From an uncultured archaeon (GTDB taxonomy: Archaea; Asgardarchaeota; Lokiarchaeia; Sigyniarchaeales; SOKP01), in assembly GCA_964486045.1 (NCBI GenBank), contig CAZALK010000003.1:96001-160000 (forward strand): a stretch of DNA of 64,000 nucleotides. The letters run 5' to 3'. Under the pieces are notes generated by a model that was not told the DNA's origin, did not search any database, and was given only the letters and a program-made list of their open reading frames with translations. Position numbers and translations under genes: made by a program. Shown here one piece after another: positions 19,417 through 29,556 of the stretch (position 1 is the stretch's first letter; each line of letters starts with the position of its first letter).

Positions 19417-20460
19417 GTGATTTATAAATTGATTGAAACAAATATAACTAAAATGTTTGGGATAAAACACCCAATCTTCAGTGCTCCAATGGGACCTTTT
19501 TACACTCGTGACTTGGCTTTAGCGGTATGTGAAGCAGGTGGTTTGGGTGTGTTGTCTAATGTTAACATAGTAGGGACAGATCCTGTAAAAGAACACATAG
19601 CTAGCATAGAATACATGATTGAACACACTGATAAACCATTCGGGCTTAATTTTCTTACTTCTCGGAATAATCGAGGAGTCAAAGAAATGGTAACGGATGT
19701 ACCTAAAATGGTTATGAACAATCCAAAGATGAGAGAACAGTGTGTGTACTGGTTAACTTCAGCTGGTTCTTCAAAAATTTTACCTTCTTCTAAAAATTGG
19801 CAAGAATTAAAGGAAAAATCGGAAGCAAAACACTTTCATGTAGCCCCCGCTTTATGGTTAGCACAAAAATGTGTGGATGCCCAAGTAGATGGAATTGTAG
19901 CCACGGGTACTGAAGGAGGAGGCCATCAATCTTATGAAAAAGTCTCTACCATGGTTTTATTACAACAACTTAATGAAGCTTTTCCAGATTTACCCAAGAT
20001 AGCATGCGGAGGTTTTGCTACTGGAGAAGGTTTAGCTGCCGCCTTATCACTTGGAGCAGGAGCTATAGCTATGGGATCGCGATTTATTGCTTCAAAACAA
20101 TCGGAATTCCATGAAGCCTACAAAGGGTTAATCCCTCAAGGTAAACCACAAGATACAGGGCTTTTCACTGGATCATTCGGTCCTATTCGCCTATTCAAAA
20201 ACAAGTATGCTTTAAGCCACCCCGCACCTCAAACTAAAGAAGATATGATAGCCTATGAAAAATCGTTAACACCTGAGGTATTAGCACGTGATGCAGGCGC
20301 TTATGATAGAGTTTATAATGGGGATGTTGAAAATGGAGCAGTTCTGCTAGGCCAATCAATCGGTATTATTAATAGTATTGACGATGTGAGAGACATTATT
20401 GATCGGGTAGTGAAAGGGGCAGTTGCTTCAATAAAACGTAACCAATCTAGGCTAAATTAG
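19417..20460 (+). CDS. Nitronate monooxygenase/FabK-family flavoprotein
   Basis: EGGGHQSYEKV, AMGSRF, GQSIG; close paralog of 9426..10505; true start probably TTG 19429 after GGTGA. Confidence 0.9.
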   Translation: MIYKLIETNITKMFGIKHPIFSAPMGPFYTRDLALAVCEAGGLGVLSNVNIVGTDPVKEHIASIEYMIEHTDKPFGLNFLTSRNNRGVKEMVTDVPKMVMNNPKMREQCVYWLTSAGSSKILPSSKNWQELKEKSEAKHFHVAPALWLAQKCVDAQVDGIVATGTEGGGHQSYEKVSTMVLLQQLNEAFPDLPKIACGGFATGEGLAAALSLGAGAIAMGSRFIASKQSEFHEAYKGLIPQGKPQDTGLFTGSFGPIRLFKNKYALSHPAPQTKEDMIAYEKSLTPEVLARDAGAYDRVYNGDVENGAVLLGQSIGIINSIDDVRDIIDRVVKGAVASIKRNQSRLN

Positions 20461-20483
20461 GGAAAAAGGCATTTATTTCTTGA

Positions 20484-20499
20484 TTTTTTTTTTTTTTTC
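20484..20499 (+). terminator. Oligo-T tract, probable archaeal terminator
   Basis: Long T run just after the 20460 stop, between convergent genes. Confidence 0.45.
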
Positions 20500-20509
20500 T
20501 TTATGAAGA

Positions 20510-20944
20510 TCAAAAAGTAAATCCTTTTAATTTTAAAATTTCTTGTTTTAAATCGGTAGGAATGACCGCTTTTTTTTTTTCCTGATAATTATACCATACT
20601 ATATGAGCCCCCCCTTTAGCGGCTATTCGATTTAATTTTTTACTCATTATAGAATGGTGTATTATTATTTTAGATTCCTCAACACCTTCAATTTTTGCAC
20701 CAACATAAATAATGTCTGGGTATGTTAATGGTGCTTTATAGATGCAATCTTGATACGATAAAATAGGCGCGATAAGGGCTGTTGTAGGTTCTTTATAAAC
20801 ATTTAATAATTCAAATAATGCTATCCGTGAACTTTCGAAATATCTATAATATACTGTATTATTAACATGCCCCCTGGCATCCATATCTCCCCATCGGACG
20901 GGCATCTCCAATATTATAGGGAAATCTTTTAAAATTTCGGTCAT
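20510..20944 (-). CDS. Acyl-CoA thioesterase (4HBT/YbgC family)
   Basis: VRWGDMDARGHVNNTVYYRYFESSR. Confidence 0.92.
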   Translation of the reverse strand: MTEILKDFPIILEMPVRWGDMDARGHVNNTVYYRYFESSRIALFELLNVYKEPTTALIAPILSYQDCIYKAPLTYPDIIYVGAKIEGVEESKIIIHHSIMSKKLNRIAAKGGAHIVWYNYQEKKKAVIPTDLKQEILKLKGFTF

Positions 20945-21020
20945 ATCTTAGTCTCATATCAATTAATTATCAAAATAAATAGAAATTATGCTTTAAAAAT
21001 TAGGAATAAATAAAAAAATT

Positions 21021-21992
21021 TTATAAAATTGTTTTTAACCTATTGATAACATCTTCAGCTTCTTTCATTATACGATCTAATAACTCTTTAGCGGTAGGAA
21101 TATCCTTAACTAAACCTACACCTTGACCGCATGAGACAATACCTACGTCCAAATCGCCTTCTTTGTACATTTTTCTTGCGTTTTCACCCGAAGCTACTTT
21201 TATTATTTCTTGGAGTGGTGCTTTTTGAGATTCTAATTCAAGGATTTTTTCAGCAGCTTTATTCTTCCAGAATCTATGAGAGTTCCGAATACTTCTCATA
21301 GCGATTGTCGTGTCCGTTTCCGTTGCTTGAACAAAAGCTTGTTTTAGGTTATCATGCAAAGGACATTCCTTAGTCGCCATCATTCGAGTTCCCATTATCA
21401 CTCCTTCAGCACCAAGTGCAAGAACTGCAGCAATACCCCGACCATCGGTAATTCCCCCCCCAGCGATTACTGGAACATCTATAGCATCTACAACACTAGG
21501 TGTCATCACAAGAGTACCAATGTCTAGAGTTCCTGTTGCTCCACCATTTTCATATCCAACTACTGTAATAATATCAGCACCCAAAGAAGCACCTGTTTTA
21601 GCATATCTGACACCTGCGCACTTATGAATCCAAGTAGCGCCACCGTCCTTAAATTTAGGGACCAAATCTGCGGGCGCTTTATGACCACTTGTTTCGATTA
21701 TTTTCACACCTTCATCAAGAGTCGCGCCAACATATAGTTCCAATTTCTCTTGTGGCATCATGGCAGGAAAAAGGTTTATGTTTACAGCAAAAGGTTTATC
21801 AGTTAGTGATTGTGTTTTTTTAATTGCTTCCCGTAACTCATCAGGTGTTTGGTAATTTGCACTTGCCAATACTGCGCAAGCACCAGCATTACTTACCGCA
21901 GCAACAAATTCAGGATTGGAGATATTAGCCATCGTCCCAGAAATTATAGGATATTTACAACCTAACATTTCAGTTACTTTCGTTTTAATCAT
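21021..21992 (-). CDS. Nitronate monooxygenase/FabK-family flavoprotein
   Basis: KTKVTEMLGCKYPII, VIAGGGITDGRG, MGTR, CGQGVG. Confidence 0.9.
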   Translation of the reverse strand: MIKTKVTEMLGCKYPIISGTMANISNPEFVAAVSNAGACAVLASANYQTPDELREAIKKTQSLTDKPFAVNINLFPAMMPQEKLELYVGATLDEGVKIIETSGHKAPADLVPKFKDGGATWIHKCAGVRYAKTGASLGADIITVVGYENGGATGTLDIGTLVMTPSVVDAIDVPVIAGGGITDGRGIAAVLALGAEGVIMGTRMMATKECPLHDNLKQAFVQATETDTTIAMRSIRNSHRFWKNKAAEKILELESQKAPLQEIIKVASGENARKMYKEGDLDVGIVSCGQGVGLVKDIPTAKELLDRIMKEAEDVINRLKTIL

Positions 21993-22125
21993 GAGTTTTC
22001 CCTTTAAAATTAGTTAATTATAGATTAATATTTCACCATTCGATTTATATTTCATTAAAAAAAATATATAATCATTACAAATATTAAAAAATTCAAGATT
22101 CTATAAATGGAGGTTAACGTTAAAG

Positions 22126-22959
22126 ATGGATTACAAATTAATAATTTTTGATGTTTCTGGTCAGATAGCAACTATTACTCTCAACAGACCAGAGCGTCTT
22201 AATGCTTGGACTTATGAGATGAGCATTGAGATATGGGATGCGTTAATGAAAGTAGAAAATGATCCTAATTTAAGAGTGACAATAATCACTGGTGCTGGGA
22301 GAGGATTTTGTGCTGGAGCAGATTTATCGAGTGGTGGTACAACATTTGATGGATCTAATCGCCCTCGTGAGGAAGATGAAAGAAGGAGACGCGAGGGAAG
22401 CCTAATTAGGCGATATTTCTCATTAAAAAAGCCTGTCATTGTGGCAATAAACGGACCTGTTGTTGGAGTAGGAGTAACATTCATATTACCATTCGATATT
22501 CGAATCGCCGCTGAGAGTGCTCGTATAGGAATAGTATTTAATCGACGGGGTGTCATTCCAGAGATTGCCTGTCCCTGGATTTTACCTAGAATCATTGGAA
22601 TTAGTAAAGCTGCTGAGTTAATGTATACTGGTAGAATTGTAAATGCTAAAGAAGCTCTGGAATTTGGACTAGTAAGTCGAGTAGTACCTGACGATAAACT
22701 TATGGATACTGCACGAGAGATTGCTGAAGAAATATTGTTAAGTGCTCCTGTAAGTGTTGCTCTAACAAAGAGCATGTTATATCAATTCCTTACTGAAACC
22801 GATATTGATAAAGCAGAAAGGATAAATCATCAGTATTTTGGGTGGACTGGTACACAACCTGATGCACGCGAAGGAGTAGTCTCTTTCCTTCAAAAAAGAA
22901 AACCTGAATGGAAATTGAAAGTACCTGGAGATTTACCAGATTTTTTCCCGTTAGAATGA
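22126..22959 (+). CDS. Enoyl-CoA hydratase/isomerase (crotonase) family
   Basis: TLNRPERLNA, GRGFCAGADL, KPVIVAING, DIRIAA; GGAGGT SD. Confidence 0.92.
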   Translation: MDYKLIIFDVSGQIATITLNRPERLNAWTYEMSIEIWDALMKVENDPNLRVTIITGAGRGFCAGADLSSGGTTFDGSNRPREEDERRRREGSLIRRYFSLKKPVIVAINGPVVGVGVTFILPFDIRIAAESARIGIVFNRRGVIPEIACPWILPRIIGISKAAELMYTGRIVNAKEALEFGLVSRVVPDDKLMDTAREIAEEILLSAPVSVALTKSMLYQFLTETDIDKAERINHQYFGWTGTQPDAREGVVSFLQKRKPEWKLKVPGDLPDFFPLE

Positions 22960-22999
22960 ATTTATTCTGGAAAAAAAAAAAATTCTTTTTTTTGGCTGA

Positions 23000-23404
23000 C
23001 TATTCTCTTGATTTATTATAATAATTGTAAAAATATAGATTGAAAACAATTAGTATGATTAAAATTACATTATAACACCAGATAACAATTATGGATATTA
23101 TCGGTGCAGGAATAAAAATCAAAACAATAATATTTAGGATTGAAATCATTAATTGCCAGGTAATTATAAACCCAAAAATAATTTTTATATGTTCCCATTT
23201 CTTTTTCTTAATTGATAATAAGGCGAAAGATGAAATAATTAAGAAAGTTCCTCCGAATACCCAAGAATGATAAGGATCGTAAAATGGCCATTGAATAAGA
23301 TATAAATATGCATATGGGATTACCAGATATAGGAAAGCGATTATAAAACCTACAATAGCGTTTATTACTAATAAGATTTTCATACTTTTTGTTATTTCTA
23401 CCAT
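23000..23404 (-). CDS. Hypothetical membrane protein (about 4 TM)
   Basis: Four hydrophobic segments; WPFYDP loop. Confidence 0.75.
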   Translation of the reverse strand: MVEITKSMKILLVINAIVGFIIAFLYLVIPYAYLYLIQWPFYDPYHSWVFGGTFLIISSFALLSIKKKKWEHIKIIFGFIITWQLMISILNIIVLIFIPAPIISIIVIWCYNVILIILIVFNLYFYNYYNKSRE

Positions 23405-23458
23405 TTGTTTTTCATCTCATTTTGTTTTATTCGTCTTAATTAGAATTATTTTACAAAT

Positions 23459-24580
23459 TTATAGTGTTGCAGGTAAAATGTAAGAATCTAGCAAATATAA
23501 GGCAAAATTGAATTGCAAATTCATACCAGTGAAAACAACTACTAAATTCTCTTCAGGAAACACATTGATCTGCTGTTCACCATATCCCAATGCTCGGAAA
23601 CTATCATAATCTGGTGTAATCCACCATTGATACCCATACTCGGTATTTGGACCGATAATAATCTTTGAAGTAGTTGACAATTTAACCCAATTTCGTGATA
23701 TTATCTGCTTTCCTTCCCAATTACCCTCCTTAAGGAATATTTGCCCAATTTTGGCCATATCTCGAGCGGTTATAAACAGTCCATCACCGCCTGCAGCTAC
23801 ACCTTGTGGATCCACGAGCCAATTCGCATCCAAAATAGACAATGGTCCAAATAAGTATTTATTAGCAAAATCAATAGTAGACATATTAGTTGCTCTTTCC
23901 AAAATTGCTGTTAGTAAATGGGATGCACCGGTATTATAATTAAAAACGAGACCCGGAGCTGAACTCATTTGTCTATTAAGAACAAATTCGACGTGATCTT
24001 CACTTGCTTTCCATGTATTATATGGATTTCGATTATCTTCGTACGGGTAATATTCAGGCCAAAATAAACCCGTTGTCATGGTTAATAAATGTTCAATTGT
24101 CATTGATTCCTTCTGAGCATTAATATTTGTAATGTTTTTATCAGGAAAGTAATCGAGGACTAATTCATTTATACTTTCAATATATCCCTTATCAATAGCA
24201 ATTCCGATTAAGGTAGATGTAACACTTTTAGAAACGGAATATACTCTAAAGTTATAATCTTTATGAAAAAACTGCTCATACCATTCAGTCACAATAAAGC
24301 CATTTCTTATTACGAGTATACTATAAACATAATAATTCTGATTTTCAACATCATTCAACATATCTCTCAACACATCTGAATCCATTTGAACAAGTTCAGG
24401 TATTATCGTATTCCAATATTCTGCCGAATTAATTCTTGCTAAAAGAACCCATCCAGGAAGAACCCCCCCGGTTCCAAGAATTATGATTATAATTGGGATC
24501 CCTATTTGTTTAAACCTGTTCTTATCATCTCTTGACATTTTCGGTAAGATTGATTCTTTTGAGAAAGATTTTTGATGCAA
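23459..24580 (-). CDS. Serine hydrolase, beta-lactamase/AmpC-like fold
   Basis: SVSK (SxxK), LLTMTTG, FNYNTG (YxN-like), YGYQWW; N-terminal membrane anchor. Confidence 0.88.
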   Translation of the reverse strand: MHQKSFSKESILPKMSRDDKNRFKQIGIPIIIIILGTGGVLPGWVLLARINSAEYWNTIIPELVQMDSDVLRDMLNDVENQNYYVYSILVIRNGFIVTEWYEQFFHKDYNFRVYSVSKSVTSTLIGIAIDKGYIESINELVLDYFPDKNITNINAQKESMTIEHLLTMTTGLFWPEYYPYEDNRNPYNTWKASEDHVEFVLNRQMSSAPGLVFNYNTGASHLLTAILERATNMSTIDFANKYLFGPLSILDANWLVDPQGVAAGGDGLFITARDMAKIGQIFLKEGNWEGKQIISRNWVKLSTTSKIIIGPNTEYGYQWWITPDYDSFRALGYGEQQINVFPEENLVVVFTGMNLQFNFALYLLDSYILPATL

Positions 24581-24807
24581 TTTTATTTTGTAGGTGAGTG
24601 AAATTTTGTATTAGCATATAATAATTTTATTTACAAATATTTGACAATTCAAAATAAGCGAAAAAACAGTTGTAGATTATGATTCATCAAACCAAAACAG
24701 ACATAAAATTGCATGAAAAAACTTTATTAGTTTTATATACTATTGATTTTAGGATTAACTTCAAGACAAGGTAGATTAAAATTCCCGCTCAAAGAACTTC
24801 AAGAAAG

Positions 24808-25482
24808 TTGTCATTACTTTTATTAATCTTAGTTATATTAGTAGGGGTTGTTATCTATCAAATTGTAAATGTTTTTATTTTTTATAACACGAGTGAATTT
24901 GGCACTCATAGGGGCTATACTATAAATTATAGTCAAGGTTCTGGGAGATTGCGCGTAGATTTTATACTAAGCCATGACAAAGAGGATGATTTTTATGGAG
25001 ACATACTCTTACGAGCGACTTCCACTGGAGATGTAGAAGAAATTGGAGTAACTTATTTTACTTGCGACGTTTTTGTGGATGAGCTATATAGATTTACTAG
25101 AACAGGAATTATTATTGATCCATTAACAACTTATCAAAGTACGTTTTATGTTCTTGGTATCGGTAAGGGCACTCTTACTACATGTGAGGGTAGAGTTGAT
25201 GTATCCTTTAATGTTAATAATATTATTCAAAATGAGACAATTAATTTTGAAATAGCAATTATAATGCCTGTTGATCTTGCGCAAAGATTTTTTGAGCATA
25301 ATTTGACAGGAGTTGGGATTGAAGTTGCTCTTATCATCGCCCTGGTAGCTATTTTCGCTTTAATATCAATGACAATTAAAAGGTTAAGATACGAAGTTGT
25401 GTACCCAGAAAAGGAGAAGAAAAGAGATGAGAAATTCTGGAAATACATTCGGGAAAAAGCAGAAGAACAAAAACAGGCATGA
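24808..25482 (+). CDS. Hypothetical membrane protein (N- and C-terminal TM, beta-rich middle)
   Basis: Hydrophobic ends and a charged C-tail. Confidence 0.72.
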   Translation: MSLLLLILVILVGVVIYQIVNVFIFYNTSEFGTHRGYTINYSQGSGRLRVDFILSHDKEDDFYGDILLRATSTGDVEEIGVTYFTCDVFVDELYRFTRTGIIIDPLTTYQSTFYVLGIGKGTLTTCEGRVDVSFNVNNIIQNETINFEIAIIMPVDLAQRFFEHNLTGVGIEVALIIALVAIFALISMTIKRLRYEVVYPEKEKKRDEKFWKYIREKAEEQKQA

Positions 25483-25898
25483 AAAAAGTAGCTAGAATTA
25501 GTATAACAGAATTTAACTATATCATAAGACTTTAACGGGGGGTTTTTTCGACAACATAACTCCCCCTTAGCAAGGTCATAAAGATATATATTATTCGATA
25601 TCTATAAGTTCATAACGTTCATTATGAATTTCGAGAAGATGTATTGTTACTTAGATATATAATACTATTGGTAGATTAACAGCGATATGAAAAGACACTA
25701 TTAGTAATAACAGAATTTATACTAAAATAGAAGTTGGTTTAATTGACGCATTGAAATATTCCCTCATAGAGTAATGAACAATAATACAGAAGCAATGGAT
25801 TCCTTCGAGTGTTCATTAATATCTCCTCTATTTTTCTACTTTTTAATAATTTATACTTGAAAATAATAATAGAATAAAAAAAATATTAAAAATTAACC

Positions 25899-28800
25899 TT
25901 AAGATACAATTATCAAACTTTCTTCAGAAGTATAGATAGTTATACTATCAACAATTAAAAGCCATTTAAATCTGATGATGATATCAGTTGTGTAACTATT
26001 AACAAATCCGCTTAAGATTATTCCTTCACCAGAATATAGAGTAGTGTTAATTAAGGTAAAATTAATTCCTGAGTAAAGACCATAGTTGAAAGTGGCATTT
26101 TCCAGAGGGTAAAGATTTGGGGAAACTGAAATGTTAAAATTTCCTCCTCCTTCTCTGTAAAGCGATAGATTTACTTGTACACTGAGTCCCGGAGCTAAAA
26201 GTGTTTCATTAAAATTCTCGAGTTCTATTCTAAAGCTTGCAAGATCGTCAGGTAAAATCATCGAATTTTCCAAATTAAAATTGTAAATAATAGGTACTAT
26301 GTTGACAACTACAGTTATGTTGTTTGAAGTTGAATTTCCAAAGATGCTTGATGCATTTATGTAAAATTCGTAGTTACCAGATCCTAACTGTGAGATTGAA
26401 TAAGTAGTTTGCGAATTAGACAAATCTGGAATGAATAGGCTATTATTTCTATAGATTGAATATGTTTCTGCTTTATAAGATTCAGTCCAACTCAATACAA
26501 AATTCCCGTCAATGTCCGGATTATCAGCATTAGTTGTTAATATAAATGGCCTAGAAACGCCTATGATTTCTGTGTTTGAAGTTCTATTTCCAATATCATT
26601 TGAAGCTTCTATGTAATAAGCGTAGTCTCCTGTTCCCAACTCTGAGATTAAATAAGTAGTTTGTGAGCTAGGCAAATCTTGAATTAATAGGCTATTATTT
26701 CTATAGATTGAATATGTATCTGCTCTCAGAGATGTAGTCCAATTCAATACGAAGTTCCCGTCAATGTCCGGGTTATCTGCATCAGTTGTCAATATAAACG
26801 TCCCAGGTCCAATGTTACCTACATTATTATACGCTTCAATAGCCTCTGATCCATATCCTACATTCCTAGTGAAAGCTTCTACAAATCCTGCTAATTTTAA
26901 CTGTTGTAAACCTCCAGCTGTACTATATGTTGGGATATAATAGTAAACTGAACCTCCAAGAGGATATAAAAGAGTATTACCGTTTCTGGCTCCAGAAATT
27001 AAAGAAATTTCTTGTGTTGCTTCAGTTTCATATGTATCCCTTGCTGTTTTAGGGCCAATCAAGTTTTCAGTTGAGTTCCTAGTATGATAAAAAATAGCTT
27101 CCCCAAAATTCGTACCATGCCTTATAACATACATTCCGGCTAGAGTCCTTGCTTCTGCTCCTCTATACTCCACTAAATCTAATCCCACATACTCTATCCC
27201 GTCTCCAAGGTTCGTCTCGATATAGAAGAGATCTCCATTTTCTGGTCTTTCATGAAAATCGTCTCCTCTCTTCCATGTCGTTAAATCTTGGACGTGATAC
27301 TTGTAATTTGCTTCTAACTGTAATTCGAACAAGCTTTCAGGATATCTTAACTGGCTTTTTAACCAATCTGGAGCAACTTTCCAATCGTAAACTTTCGTGT
27401 AATATTCCCAAAGAGGATATGTCGGATCTGAGCTTGCATCAATTCCTTCTAAACTGGGATTTTCATAAAATTCTATATTGCCCGTTTTCACATCAATTAA
27501 ACTAATTCCTAAAAATCGTAATATGGGAGAATTTGCATATGATCCAATATTTATTGTTGTGAAAATTGAAACTGCATAATACACCTTTTGTTCTTCAGTG
27601 TCAAAAACTAAATAGGGATCATAATCTATACTTAATTGAGGTAAAAGTATGTTTCTTACACGGTTTTTCACATTTCTATTAATTAAAAATTCTTTTCCAC
27701 CTGCTTCAAAGACATAACCCCATAATCCTAAATTTACTGTATACCAGAATGCATCTAAACCTGCTAGTGTCCCGTCTGGATCACCCTCATAAACAAACTT
27801 ATTGTTAGGAATTCCGCCACTCCATTGAGTCCCGAGGAGGATAGAATTATCATAAGCGCCTAAACCTCCACTAGATTCTTGTTGTTCTATAAATTTCGGA
27901 CTCTCAGATTCACCGAAAAATATTGGATAATCTTCTGGGATATTGAAAGTTGTGCTTACGTTGACTAGTTGTCCGGTAAATGTATCTAATGCTAAGAATC
28001 CCTCAACATGATCATATAACTCAGTATTTGTTTTTACTGGATCTCCCGAAAATTGGGACATTCTAATAGTTTTCGGAGCTACCCAATATTCTGATCCATT
28101 TATATAAACTATATCTGAATCTGCTAAACCTTCAAATGTCGTACCTATTTTTGCTGCTAAACTTTGCACTGCAAAATCTTGATCAAATTGTCGAATACGT
28201 GAGATCATTTGGGTATCATTTTCAGGATTAGATGATAGTGCAAAATTTTCAATGGAACGTTCTTCAAACATACTTAATCCTGCAGTTGCTCGTGTCCACT
28301 CTATTTCCCTTTGGATTTTTTTTGTCCATTGATATTCAGAATAAACTGATTCATTACTTATTGTTATCGCTGGACCTAAGCTAAAAAACGCTGGTAATAA
28401 TATAACGATAATAATTGCAGTTGCTAGTATCCCCATCTTTATACTTCTGGGATTTATTATCATCCCTTTAGTAGGATTTCGTGACAATGTTATGCGTCCG
28501 TAAATATATACTGAAATACCTAATACTGTGAGAATAAAAAATGCTAAAATTAGAGACCACATTTGCATTACTTGAATCCCATCTAAAGCAAAGGAAGGTA
28601 ATGTAAAGAAAATCAAACCAAAAATTAAGCCACTCATTATCAATGCGTTTGTAGCTATATTAAAATCATTTCTTTTCAAATAATAGTTACTTGCGATGTT
28701 GAGTATCAATCTGAAAATAAAAACTCCGAAAATAAAGTAGATCAAAGGCAAATACAATCTCGTATAGACGAAAATAAATTCAATATTCATGTTATTGGTG

Positions 28801-29468
28801 TTTAAAAGCACATCAAGGGCATCGGTAAATATAGTAAGTGGTGATAATGATATTTCTCCATTTTCAAATAAATACAAAACCCATGAGAACTGACCATCAA
28901 AATCAAGTACCATACCTATAAAATAAAACATTATAAATCCGGCTGTCCACCAGAAAATTAAAGATTTTATCCGAGAAGGTTTACCAAATCTTAACCGAGT
29001 ACCGATTATCGTTAATAGATTACGATTGGGTGGTAAGCTCATTATTATGCAGCCAATAATTGCCCCAGTTAAAGCTGTCTTATTAAGAAGGAAATTAATT
29101 GACCAGAAATTTAGAAAGTAAAAATCATAATAATTCAACCCACCAGCCTTATTCGCGTAGAGTTGCGCATTTAAATAAATTGGTCCGAACCATGCAGGCC
29201 AGAACCAGAAGAACGATAAAATTACGATGATAATCACTATAGCAGGAATAATATATTTGAGATATTTTTTCACACGTGGTTTCTTTTTAAACCAATTAGA
29301 TTCTAGAAACTTCCTTCTATGAGGTTTATATGGAATTTCATCATTATCGAGCTCTCCTCGTTCTAAGAGCTTAACTTTCTGTTGTATTTCATATTTTCTA
29401 TTTGCTTCTTGGCAATCTTCGCAATAATGATTAAATTTCTCATGTTTTTCACAGGATTTTTTTACCAT
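25899..29468 (-). CDS. UPF0182-family membrane protein with C-terminal FN3/Ig-like repeats
   Basis: Multi-TM N-terminus; EIEWTRATAGL, IFFGE, RNVKNRV, DYDPYLV, LRYPESLF, GNTLLYPLGGSVYY resemble UPF0182 motifs. Confidence 0.8.
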   Translation of the reverse strand: MVKKSCEKHEKFNHYCEDCQEANRKYEIQQKVKLLERGELDNDEIPYKPHRRKFLESNWFKKKPRVKKYLKYIIPAIVIIIVILSFFWFWPAWFGPIYLNAQLYANKAGGLNYYDFYFLNFWSINFLLNKTALTGAIIGCIIMSLPPNRNLLTIIGTRLRFGKPSRIKSLIFWWTAGFIMFYFIGMVLDFDGQFSWVLYLFENGEISLSPLTIFTDALDVLLNTNNMNIEFIFVYTRLYLPLIYFIFGVFIFRLILNIASNYYLKRNDFNIATNALIMSGLIFGLIFFTLPSFALDGIQVMQMWSLILAFFILTVLGISVYIYGRITLSRNPTKGMIINPRSIKMGILATAIIIVILLPAFFSLGPAITISNESVYSEYQWTKKIQREIEWTRATAGLSMFEERSIENFALSSNPENDTQMISRIRQFDQDFAVQSLAAKIGTTFEGLADSDIVYINGSEYWVAPKTIRMSQFSGDPVKTNTELYDHVEGFLALDTFTGQLVNVSTTFNIPEDYPIFFGESESPKFIEQQESSGGLGAYDNSILLGTQWSGGIPNNKFVYEGDPDGTLAGLDAFWYTVNLGLWGYVFEAGGKEFLINRNVKNRVRNILLPQLSIDYDPYLVFDTEEQKVYYAVSIFTTINIGSYANSPILRFLGISLIDVKTGNIEFYENPSLEGIDASSDPTYPLWEYYTKVYDWKVAPDWLKSQLRYPESLFELQLEANYKYHVQDLTTWKRGDDFHERPENGDLFYIETNLGDGIEYVGLDLVEYRGAEARTLAGMYVIRHGTNFGEAIFYHTRNSTENLIGPKTARDTYETEATQEISLISGARNGNTLLYPLGGSVYYYIPTYSTAGGLQQLKLAGFVEAFTRNVGYGSEAIEAYNNVGNIGPGTFILTTDADNPDIDGNFVLNWTTSLRADTYSIYRNNSLLIQDLPSSQTTYLISELGTGDYAYYIEASNDIGNRTSNTEIIGVSRPFILTTNADNPDIDGNFVLSWTESYKAETYSIYRNNSLFIPDLSNSQTTYSISQLGSGNYEFYINASSIFGNSTSNNITVVVNIVPIIYNFNLENSMILPDDLASFRIELENFNETLLAPGLSVQVNLSLYREGGGNFNISVSPNLYPLENATFNYGLYSGINFTLINTTLYSGEGIILSGFVNSYTTDIIIRFKWLLIVDSITIYTSEESLIIVS
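26304..26798 (-). repeat. Tandem 252-bp (84-aa) intragenic duplication, FN3-like
   Basis: FILTT[DN]ADNPDIDGNFVL[NS]WT..S..A.TYSIYRNNSL..DL..SQTTY occurs twice, starting at 26798 and 26546. Confidence 0.9.
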
Positions 29469-29556
29469 AACTGTCCATCTTTTTATTTTGATATAAAAAT
29501 TAAAGACTTACTTAATTAATAAGAAAGATAATAGAATAAAAATTTGATTAGTAGAT

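Noticed and set aside
23459-24580. Beta-lactam resistance gene
   Set aside because: The SxxK fold is shared by many esterases and amidases; nothing indicates lactamase activity
25497-25724. CRISPR array or SECIS element
   Set aside because: Only two imperfect repeats about 200 bp apart and no cas genes; the hairpin lacks convincing SECIS geometry and the flanking genes have no internal TGA
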